A stretch of DNA of 64,000 nt from a virus. Numbering within the stretch: position 1 is the stretch's first letter; each line of letters opens with the position of its first letter. Where the stretch lies: IMG/VR virus record IMGVR_UViG_3300028536_000001, positions 40,874 through 104,873 of that record. One strand, written 5' to 3'. This document shows positions 48,955 through 57,500 of this stretch, piece by piece. The notes below the pieces were generated by a model, which did no database searches, was not told the DNA's origin, and saw only the letters and a list, made by a program, of their open reading frames with translations. The position numbers were made by a program, and so were the translations under genes.

Positions 48955-49613
48955 TTCTTATTTCTGTGGTTGAAAAGCCGAGTCCGGTAAACTTGACTGG
49001 CTAGATTTTCTGCTGGGCTGCCAAAGACATCGTTGGCTTGTTTCTCAGTTATCATGTCTGAAAGTAGACACCTGAGTAACGGAGTCCGCCAGCCGCGTAA
49101 CTTCTCTTTGATGGGACAATCACGATCATCAAATTCATGGAGTGAGAATTCGGGCAGCGTGCCTTGCGGCACGTACCAGAGATACCGCATCCCAGATTCC
49201 TCGCGGGAGTCGCGGATATACACCGAGAAGTCGCCCGCCACATTTCCTGACAGCCAGTGGAGTCCGGGTATCAGAGTCTTGAGTTTATTCAGGAAGGAAA
49301 GAGAGTCCATAACGCGCCCAATGCGGCCAATGTCGCACTTCATGGAGTCGATCCACGGCGGACGTTGGCGCTTGAGCGCTTCTGAATTGTAGTTCTGTTC
49401 CCGAAGACGGGCAGTGTTTTCGTCTATGGATAGCCAAGGAGTAGACTCGCAGAAGTTACAACGTTCTGCTCGGCCATCCCGATTGGTATGATCTGCTTTG
49501 AAGTGCTTAAGCGTAAGGATACGCTGACAACAGCAGCACTCTCGTCCGTTGAGAGTTTCGCTCTCAAGGATATCGCGGTCAATTTGATACTGTGGGTCGT
49601 TTATGTCGTGCAT
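48951..49613 (-). CDS. hypothetical protein with Zn finger
   Basis: ECCCCQR...RCNFC. Confidence 0.6.
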   Translation of the reverse strand: MHDINDPQYQIDRDILESETLNGRECCCCQRILTLKHFKADHTNRDGRAERCNFCESTPWLSIDENTARLREQNYNSEALKRQRPPWIDSMKCDIGRIGRVMDSLSFLNKLKTLIPGLHWLSGNVAGDFSVYIRDSREESGMRYLWYVPQGTLPEFSLHEFDDRDCPIKEKLRGWRTPLLRCLLSDMITEKQANDVFGSPAENLASQVYRTRLFNHRNKK

Positions 49614-49641
49614 TTATCTGGGCACACTTTATGAGGAAAGA

Positions 49642-50148
49642 TTAAACAAACTGCATTTTGCAGTGAGTAATAACAATCGCATCTGTGGTATTTTGATCGG
49701 GAAAACCAGCAATTATGACGAATTGGAGGCTACTTTGGTTTGTAACGCCAGATATAGGATTAGATGCAGTTGAGGTATTTATGTTTTGAGTTTGTGAACT
49801 CCACATAAAATCTACTTCGAATACAAAACCATTGGTACTTTTACTGCCTAAACTTCCATTTACAGTAGTCCAATCAGTACCTTGGGCTACAGAAATATTT
49901 CCTCCGGCCCCAATAAAGTATCCAGATATCAATAGTTTAACGGTTTTTCCGTCAACATCAATAGTTGAGGGTATAGAAAGAATAGCGTTTCCACCCGAAG
50001 TTGATTGAACAATCTGACCGGAACGAACAGTTGGCTCGCTATTATAAGTAACAGCTAATTGACTTGTGAAATCGGCTATTTGATTGGTGTCTGGAACTGC
50101 TGAGGCTAAAACTTCAAGGGCGTTTGTGATATCAGTACAGGAAGGCAA
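49642..50148 (-). CDS. putative virion structural protein
   Basis: Beta-rich; C-terminal half resembles the next gene. Confidence 0.55.
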   Translation of the reverse strand: MPSCTDITNALEVLASAVPDTNQIADFTSQLAVTYNSEPTVRSGQIVQSTSGGNAILSIPSTIDVDGKTVKLLISGYFIGAGGNISVAQGTDWTTVNGSLGSKSTNGFVFEVDFMWSSQTQNINTSTASNPISGVTNQSSLQFVIIAGFPDQNTTDAIVITHCKMQFV

Positions 50149-50219
50149 TTTGTCTCCGAGAGGGTTAAAACAACGTGGGTGAAGTTGTGAGCGCCCGTAA
50201 AGAGCGCTCGTGGTTAAGA

Positions 50220-50882
50220 CTATTCTTGGCTAATCGAAAATTCAGAAACCGTAACTGTTCCCACGCTGGCTGCTCCGGCGTTAACCGAGAGCACGAACGA
50301 TAAAGCTGCGGGAGTTGTTGCAGCCACTGCGTTAGTTAAAAAAGTAAGAGCAGCAGGTGCTGCGTTGCCTGACTGTCCAGTGTAGTAACCAGACACGGCT
50401 GCGGTCACTGAATCCCAGCGAATATAGGTATCAAAAATAAAGTTTCCGGTAGACGCAGCGGTCAACGAAAGGGTGGATAATCTATTACCCAAAGTTCCTA
50501 CTATCGCTCCTGAAGTTCCAAGATACAGAATAACAGGATTAGCAGCACCTGCGCTGGTTGCGTACGTTCCTGATACTCGAACTCTAAAAGGACGACCAAG
50601 GTCAAAAGATGAGGAGTTAAAATAAGGAGCTTCTGTGCCTGCGTCACCGGTAGACACAAGTGTGCCACCAAATTGAGCTAGATTAGCTTGATTGCCGTTA
50701 GGTCCAAGCGATTGCGCAGATCCAAGGACGGCGGTTTGAAGAGGTATAGCAAGAACAGCAGCAGTTGTGCCAGTATCCGTATTGACCAATATTGCAGATT
50801 CTGTTAAGGCGGTAAGAGTAAGAGCAGCTATCTGGTTCCGTTTGGTTCCGTTAATGTAGCCGACTATGGTATTTGCATTCAT
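50220..50882 (-). CDS. putative capsid decoration/structural protein
   Basis: A/T/G-rich beta-sandwich character. Confidence 0.55.
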   Translation of the reverse strand: MNANTIVGYINGTKRNQIAALTLTALTESAILVNTDTGTTAAVLAIPLQTAVLGSAQSLGPNGNQANLAQFGGTLVSTGDAGTEAPYFNSSSFDLGRPFRVRVSGTYATSAGAANPVILYLGTSGAIVGTLGNRLSTLSLTAASTGNFIFDTYIRWDSVTAAVSGYYTGQSGNAAPAALTFLTNAVAATTPAALSFVLSVNAGAASVGTVTVSEFSISQE

Positions 50883-50928
50883 TTGAGATTATTCTCGAAA
50901 AGTAATATGTTGTGAAAAGCTTTGCTCG

Positions 50929-51153
50929 CTATACGCCGAGCGGAAAATCGTAGTCATCATCCACTGGACAGTGGTCTTTGATGAAGAAGTTTAGAATTTT
51001 AACAAGAATCTTGCCCCATCGTTTTCCCTGCTTTGCGGACCAAGTTGCGTGGCGGGAAATTGTTTCATTGAGTTCTCCGCCAAGGATTAACACGTTAAGG
51101 AACATGTCAAAGGATAGGAAAACTCTGCGAAGGTAAGAAGGAGTCTGGGGCAC
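50929..51153 (-). CDS. small hypothetical protein
   Basis: DMFLNV...G.LNETIS.H...DHC motif common in phage genomes. Confidence 0.6.
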   Translation of the reverse strand: MPQTPSYLRRVFLSFDMFLNVLILGGELNETISRHATWSAKQGKRWGKILVKILNFFIKDHCPVDDDYDFPLGV

Positions 51154-51162
51154 AGAACGCTC

Positions 51163-51795
51163 CTATGAGATAGTATCGGCTCGGCCAAGCTCTTCAGCGG
51201 AAACTTCGAAAGGGCGATATACTGCCTGCATTCCCAGTTTCCCGTTTGATATATAGATGGCTGCAACTCCACCCGGTTTAACAAGACAGGCGGTGTGGGA
51301 ACCTAGTATCAGATTCGAAGCTTCATGAACCACACTGGAGTGCGCGACCAAAACACCGGGAAGGGCAGAATCATCTGCTATCTCAATCGCTTCTCGGACG
51401 GCAGGTTGAATGCGTCCTCTGAACTCTGAGAGGGATTCTCCATCGGGAATTTTCTCGTCTGGATTATCTAGATACTGCTGAAGCTCTTTAATATTTTCTG
51501 GAGTACGTTGCTGGCCTGAAAACTTTCCTACATTAAGGGCGCGTAGAACTGAAGTCGTTTCTAAGGGAACAGCGTGACTGCCCTTTAAAATATTGGCTGT
51601 CTGCGTAGCTCTTTGCCTGTCAGAGGATACGATAAAGGAAATCGGTTCGTCTTTGAAAAACTCAGCCAACTGATGTGCGTCCCTGATTCCTTCTGAGGAT
51701 AGAGGTACGTCCTTATTACCTCTGAACGCGTTTTTTTGGTTCAAGACGGTGGTTCCATGTCTGGCGAGGTAGAGGAGAATTATGGCGTTAGACAT
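51163..51795 (-). CDS. histidine phosphatase (phosphoglycerate mutase-like) family protein
   Basis: YLARHGTT, SSDRQRATQTA, GESL, LVAHSS. Confidence 0.92.
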   Translation of the reverse strand: MSNAIILLYLARHGTTVLNQKNAFRGNKDVPLSSEGIRDAHQLAEFFKDEPISFIVSSDRQRATQTANILKGSHAVPLETTSVLRALNVGKFSGQQRTPENIKELQQYLDNPDEKIPDGESLSEFRGRIQPAVREAIEIADDSALPGVLVAHSSVVHEASNLILGSHTACLVKPGGVAAIYISNGKLGMQAVYRPFEVSAEELGRADTIS

Positions 51796-52130
51796 TAAAA
51801 ATCTTTCGTGGTAAACCCAGCAAACAGAGAAGGCTGATCTTTGTTGGATTCGTTCGCTTTGGTTAGCGGACCTTCGATTGCGGTCTCGACCACATCCTCT
51901 ACTTCACTCTTGGCTGTGCGGTCTGCTAGTACTTCACGCAGTAAATCAGAAATCTCGCTGCGATTCGCTTCGGGAAATTTGTGATCCAGCATGATTTCGA
52001 CAGCGGCTTTGCGCCACCGCCACTCTGCGTTCTCGTTTTTGGCTAGGTCTAAAAGGATGCCGCCAGGAAGATGGTCGAACTGCTCTTTGCGTTGTTCGTA
52101 AAAAAGGTCTGGGTTCAGGGTAGGTTTCAC
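51795..52130 (-). CDS. hypothetical protein
   Basis: Coupled ORF. Confidence 0.6.
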   Translation of the reverse strand: MKPTLNPDLFYEQRKEQFDHLPGGILLDLAKNENAEWRWRKAAVEIMLDHKFPEANRSEISDLLREVLADRTAKSEVEDVVETAIEGPLTKANESNKDQPSLFAGFTTKDF

Positions 52131-52140
52131 TGGTATTTTC

Positions 52141-52383
52141 TTAGAAAGGGTATTTGTCGTTCGGACGATGAATTAACCGCCCCTCAACAGGGAAATTTAT
52201 TTCTTCTGGAGATAGATTTTTACTGTAAGAATCGGATTGCGGCCAGTTCTTCGTCTTGACCAAAGCAAAGGACACGGATATTTCTTCAAGAGGACTTGTG
52301 ATCGTGTATTTATCTACTCTGGATAAACCAGGAATAGTTGAATCGCAGTCTTCGTCTACTATATAAAGTGTCTTTTTACGCAT
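52141..52383 (-). CDS. hypothetical protein
   Basis: ORF track. Confidence 0.5.
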   Translation of the reverse strand: MRKKTLYIVDEDCDSTIPGLSRVDKYTITSPLEEISVSFALVKTKNWPQSDSYSKNLSPEEINFPVEGRLIHRPNDKYPF

Positions 52384-52384
52384 A

Positions 52385-52771
52385 TTAACTCGCTAACACG
52401 TACTCAACAGGAGTATTGACCGCTGATGCAGTCAAGGATAAGGCTACTATACCGTTAGCGGTATCGGTTTCTGAGAACAGGAGAGCTGCGCCGGGCGAAA
52501 GAGTCAACACCGCCGCAGAGAATCCATTTTTTGGGGTCCAGGTTACTGATACGGTATTACCGGCTACAGTAGAAAGATTTTTGATGTAAACAAACTGAGA
52601 TGACCCATTCGGCAGGGTTATGGTAGCAGGGGAAGTGCCGATGTTCAGGCTCTGCGCAAACGAAGACACCGTGGCTGCGTAGCCCAGCACCAACTGCTTG
52701 AGAAAGGTGGTATCTCCCGCGAGGTTATCGGTGAGTTGGAGATTGCCGCTAATGGATGCTGTTACTGGCAT
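52385..52771 (-). CDS. putative structural protein
   Basis: Beta-sandwich-like, FVYIKNL. Confidence 0.6.
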   Translation of the reverse strand: MPVTASISGNLQLTDNLAGDTTFLKQLVLGYAATVSSFAQSLNIGTSPATITLPNGSSQFVYIKNLSTVAGNTVSVTWTPKNGFSAAVLTLSPGAALLFSETDTANGIVALSLTASAVNTPVEYVLAS

Positions 52772-53112
52772 GAATTGGGATCTACTTCTTTAAGTTTTCG
52801 GTACAACCAAACATCGACAACGGATAATAGGCCGTTATAGTTCGCTGGACGTTCCGCTTTCCAAGCGTCGTACAATTCTTGACCAACAATTCCATTCTTT
52901 ACGTGCTGTTCGGTCAAGGTGTAATTGAGATAGCGGCTTCTTCGGTTTGCTCGTTGCATCCCGTCACTAAATTCCGCGCCACATGGACAAGAATACATAA
53001 TTACGTAAGATGGATCGGCAGTGGACGGTCCTCGGTAAAACCTAAGTGAAACTGTGTTACAAGCGGGGCACAGGTATCTGATAGAATCTATATCTTGATT
53101 GTGTTCGTTCAT
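52762..53112 (-). CDS. hypothetical Zn-ribbon protein
   Basis: CPACN...CPCG. Confidence 0.55.
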   Translation of the reverse strand: MNEHNQDIDSIRYLCPACNTVSLRFYRGPSTADPSYVIMYSCPCGAEFSDGMQRANRRSRYLNYTLTEQHVKNGIVGQELYDAWKAERPANYNGLLSVVDVWLYRKLKEVDPNSCQ

Positions 53113-53261
53113 ACCGGGTATCCAGTCGGATCTGGTTCTGGGTCGTGGCGCTTGACGTACACTTTATAATCTTTGAAGGTTTCCTTTAGTTGCTCTTCAA
53201 ACTTGGCTGATTGTTCATCCGTCATATCGCCGTAACTGATTTCAATCTCGGGTAGATCCAT
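53109..53261 (-). CDS. 50-aa hypothetical protein (below ORF-track cutoff)
   Basis: AGAGGG SD, MDLPEIEISYG...GYPV*, stop overlaps the next ATG. Confidence 0.55.
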   Translation of the reverse strand: MDLPEIEISYGDMTDEQSAKFEEQLKETFKDYKVYVKRHDPEPDPTGYPV

Positions 53262-53279
53262 TGTCCCTCTTTAAAATAT

Positions 53280-53465
53280 GCCGGGTAGGTTTGAATGTCC
53301 TTGTGCGAGGTCTTGTTCTGGTTTGCCCCGGTAATCAGGCGGTCATGGGTGTTAGGCTATGGGCCTTCGTCCATTTTCCGGACAGAATACCGAACCGCGA
53401 ACAATCTCACTCTTTAATTCGGGCAAGAACCTTGGAGTTTGAATCGCGTAGGAAACCGACCCGGC
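53280..53465 (-). ncRNA. candidate 186-nt structured RNA
   Basis: 12/13-bp closing helix GCCGGGUCGGUUU / AAACCUACCCGGC plus nested helices, in a 227-bp intergenic gap. Confidence 0.5.
53368..53384 (-). repeat. 17-bp dispersed motif (1 mismatch)
   Basis: Reverse complement TGTCCGGAAAATGGACG, inside the candidate ncRNA. Confidence 0.8.
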
Positions 53466-53488
53466 TGGTGCCGCAAACGCGGCTAACT

Positions 53489-53680
53489 TTAAATTTTAGG
53501 GCTAATCCCTAGTTCTTCTTCAGAAACTTTGTGGATAAAAATATCCAAGACATCATCTTGTTTCGTTGCAATCGCCTTTATCATGTTCATAAATTGCAAA
53601 GGGTGAATCGGAGTGTATTTTTCAGGAGCAGAAATAGTTTGAAGGAAATTTACACCAAGAACAGTTGTTGCTTCTATCAC
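53489..53680 (-). CDS. hypothetical protein
   Basis: ORF track. Confidence 0.5.
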   Translation of the reverse strand: MIEATTVLGVNFLQTISAPEKYTPIHPLQFMNMIKAIATKQDDVLDIFIHKVSEEELGISPKI

Positions 53681-53910
53681 AGGCTCTCCTTTAGATACAG
53701 CGGAAACATTGAAGCTAAAATCTTAAAATCGCGGTCATTCTGGGCGGCTACCTTGTTGTACCATCCGTTCGCGAGAGCGTCACTGTCATGCGGGTATTCC
53801 TTGGATGCGATAGTTTTCATCTGGCCGCGTAGAGAAAGGTTGTATAACATAAGATCATTGTAGCACAGGTTGAGCGGAATTGCAAATCTTAGATTCCATC
53901 CAATCAGCAA
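53677..53910 (-). CDS. hypothetical protein (true start probably internal)
   Basis: ORF track; overlaps the HNH 3' end. Confidence 0.4.
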   Translation of the reverse strand: MLIGWNLRFAIPLNLCYNDLMLYNLSLRGQMKTIASKEYPHDSDALANGWYNKVAAQNDRDFKILASMFPLYLKESL

Positions 53911-54406
53911 TTTTTCTGTGTTCCTCGGCTGTACCGTTGTTCTTTATGCGGTTAGCTCGATAGGACATAACTACAACATTATCCTTGAAATACCCCAATT
54001 CAGGTCGAATTCTATCTATACTAGGTGAACCGTCTCTATTGCTATCAACACTTCTGGGCTGAAGTTTTATCCCCAAAATTGGACAATATTCAGGGATTAT
54101 AATATCTTCTTCTTTAAGATCAAAAGGAACATTAAACCTTTTCGCTCTCTGTTTAGCAGCATAAACTAAATGCCGTTCTAAATACTTGATGTAGCGGGCT
54201 TGTTGCTGAGAGATCATTTTCTCTCGATTGTTCTGGTACCGTTCAGCCCACCGCTGTTTTGTACGATCCATATTCTTCGCCCGATTAGCCCTGACCTTTT
54301 TAACATCACAAGGTTTACAAAGAGAACGAAGACCGTCTTTCTGGCCCTTATCTTTACTAAAGCACTCAAGCAGCTTTTCTTCACGACATATTCTACAGAT
54401 TTTCAT
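53855..54406 (-). CDS. HNH endonuclease
   Basis: ATG at 54406 with GAGG SD; CPILG...SPSIDRI.P..GY..DNV.VMS..AN..KN. Confidence 0.88.
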   Translation of the reverse strand: MKICRICREEKLLECFSKDKGQKDGLRSLCKPCDVKKVRANRAKNMDRTKQRWAERYQNNREKMISQQQARYIKYLERHLVYAAKQRAKRFNVPFDLKEEDIIIPEYCPILGIKLQPRSVDSNRDGSPSIDRIRPELGYFKDNVVVMSYRANRIKNNGTAEEHRKIADWMESKICNSAQPVLQ

Positions 54407-54493
54407 ATTTTCCTCAAGTTGCAGTAGCGGACGCACTTGAGGGAACGCCCGCCGCCGCATTTAATTGCACCTGATGATCAATCAGATAATTCT

Positions 54494-54522
54494 ATTATAC
54501 TCCGAATCAAGAGTTTTGTCAA
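54494..54522 (-). promoter_or_regulatory. perfect sigma70 consensus promoter
   Basis: TTGACA-17-TATAAT between the capsid stop and the HNH gene. Confidence 0.85.
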
Positions 54523-54564
54523 GCACTATTTTAGCTGCTTGAATCAGTTAAACCAGCACTTTAA

Positions 54565-57500
54565 CTAGCTGCTGGAAGTCTCTGATTGCAATCGTCTTAT
54601 AGTCATTGTTGAACCGGGCATCGTTGTTACTCACCTTGCGGCGGGATAGATCATTTCTGTCTATCTCTGTATGTCGCCATACAGTCCGGACTATCGCACA
54701 ACCGCTTGACTGCGGTTTCTTCTCGTTTAGTCTCTTCAGCCGAAATTATCTTGCTGTTTGTTGTCTCCCAAAGGAGAGGTTCAATTTGATTAGAGAAGAT
54801 TTATACTGCGCCAAGGTTAACGCAGTGACGTAGTGAACTTAACATTATAAGCGCACCAACCCGTTTGTTTTCAGCAACTTAGCATCTCTGCTAGTTGGCG
54901 CTCACAATCGCTCGTGAGATGAGACTGTATCTTAGCTTTCGCTTCTATCATGTCAGTCGTTACGGTGCCTTGCGGTTACCTCGGGATTGTCCACTAGGGA
55001 GTTTCCCCGATATAGATAGATTTAAAATCGGCAGTTTGACGTACCGATCTGTCTTGCTGGATCAGAAACACTACCCTGTTGAGGAGCTTCCTGAATACAT
55101 TGGATTATTGCGTCTTTGACGACTCTACATGTTTCCAAGTAGTTTGGACTATATCTTCATCCCAGTAGGATGGCATCGTGTAGTCTCTACGGCTCCCAGT
55201 TAGGTTGCCTCGGGGTTACCCTCGCGGGCCTTCACCGATATAGATGTATTTTCAGTTAGCATTGCTGCTAAAAGTGCCTAGTTTCCAGAGCAATTTGTAG
55301 TTTCTTTCCAGATATTGTTTAAGTACTTTTAAGTACATTCTCATAGTTTCTTATGAGGTCGGACTATGTCTTCACTTTCGTGTCTAGCGTATAGTCTCTA
55401 AGGATTCCCTTGCGGGTCTTTCCTCGGCGTTACCTTTACAGGCGTTCACCGATATAGCTAAATTAAGTGGCAAAAGTCTTTACCACTTTCCGGATTTCTT
55501 CCAAGAAAAACGGCGAACAACGCGTCATCTCCGTAGAGATAAGTATTATCAGGTTTGTTTTAGGCCGCCAAGCTCACGCGTGGGGCTCTCACTTCATCTC
55601 TGAAGTGCTCAGGCTCTATCTTCACTACATGGCTTCCTTTAGAAGTAGTCGTAGTGTCTTGCGTATTAGTCGTTACAGAACGCCCTTTTTTGTTTAACTC
55701 CATCATTTTAAGTCTATAGGGTGCTCTTTTCGCAGGATCGTTCACGTTGAAAAGAGATTGATAATCCAACATCAATTGTAACTGCTCACACTTAATTTTC
55801 ATGTAAGGTTTCACGGCTTGTAAGAAATCGTGAATATCTTGTTTCCGACTGAGAGACCAGAGATAGCAATCTTTGTTCTTTTTGTCTGGAACGATGCGCA
55901 GTTGAAGATTTCCACCAAATTTGGCATACAACCAATCGGTTAGAATTCTGTTGGTATTACCTACTATGACTTTACAACCGTACGTATAGCAAACTACACC
56001 TTTACGGTTTTTGTTCTTGACGCGGTATATGCTTATACATCCTTCGCAATCCATTGCTGAGGCTGCGTAAGCTGCGTCGTGCGGAGATAAAATATACAAG
56101 GGCTTTCCTCGGTATTGTGAGTTATAATATAATACATTATAACACATATCCACCGATTTAGCAAGATTTCGTACCAAATTTTTTAGTACGTGTTTCCACC
56201 AATAGTAACAGTAGGAGCAGTGGAGGTCTGCTTGAATGTCGCACCACCAAAGGTGATAACGTCGTCGTTTGAAAGCGGTGCAAGCAGCTTCTCGCGAGTG
56301 TCGTCGCCACGTTTGAGGATGTCGGTCAAGCCGTTCCAGGACTGATCGTTCAACACGTCTCTCACTACGTTAGGATGAATAATCCCTCCGTACTGACCGT
56401 TAGGATACAACGGACGTGCGTTTACTGATACTAGGGACTGAACAGCCGAGCGAATGTTGTTCGCGGTCAAGTAAGTGCCGTTTGCAAGCTGGATGTTTAC
56501 GCTTGAATCGACGCCCGTTGCGGTGTCAGAGGTGTACTGAACAAGAGTGTTCAGGGTTAGGGCCAAACGATAGTTTAGCTCTGTTGCCAGGTTGTTTAGA
56601 AGACCTGGTTCGTCAATTGCAACATCACAATTATGTTTTGGATCTTCAGTATCACTACTGAAATCAACTTACATTCACATGTAAGATCGGACTCTATCTT
56701 CACCGTAAAGGTGTCCAGCGTATTAGCCTCTGGGGTTCCCTTTCGGGTTACCTGCTTCTAATCTTGCTGCCAAGAGTTTGAAGCATTTGGCTGGATTTAA
56801 TGGCACCAGATTTAGTTTAGTGCCAAGTCAGATGCGTTGATATAATCGCTGTACTGACCCACGGTCGCGTTAATTTTGGTTGACGATTCGGAAATAGGTG
56901 ATCCTACTGTACCTTCCAGTTATGTTAACTAATCATCGCTGAATAGCTCGGACTATATCACCATCCCGAAGGATGTGTATCGTGTAGTCTCTAAGGATTC
57001 CCTTGCGGGTCTTTCCTCGGGATTGTCCTCTAGGGAGTTTCCCCGATATAGATACATTTTCGATTAGCATTACTGCTAAAAGCGCCAAAAGTTTAGCGGC
57101 CTGATTTGTGTTAGCAGGCAGAAGAGCGTAGGAGTAGAACTGGATGTTATTTCCAGAGTGCATTGGAAGCGGCCACTGTTTAGCCATTCCGAGGACATAT
57201 TCTTATGGGTCACGTTTGACCGCGCTGCATATTACTATGCAGATGAGACTATATCATTTGATATCGGCGTGTAGTCGTTACGGATTCCCTTGCGGGTCTT
57301 TCCTCGGGATTGTCCTCTAGGGAGTTTCCCCGATATAGCCAATTTTATTCACCACCTCAATGATGGTGTGTTCGCTTTCAAGTTAGGGCTGTGTGTTTAG
57401 GCTGCGTGAACAGCGCACTCGTAATCACTTACGAGAACAGACTCTATCTTCAAATTGCGTAGTATACTAGACAAATTAGAGAAAATGCTTCTCTTTGACT

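Larger units (their letters stand above)
55550..56184 (-). ncRNA. group I intron 6 (635 nt, ORF-containing)
   Basis: P1 CGUACU/GGUACG, P3 UCUUGC/GCAAGA, R AACGACUAAUAC, S GAAGAUAGAGCC, terminal G. Confidence 0.85.

Noticed and set aside
56933-57187. ORF-track proteins 56933-57187 and 56183-56566 as independent genes
   Set aside because: They are capsid exon 4 read through into intron 4, and an internal part of exon 6.
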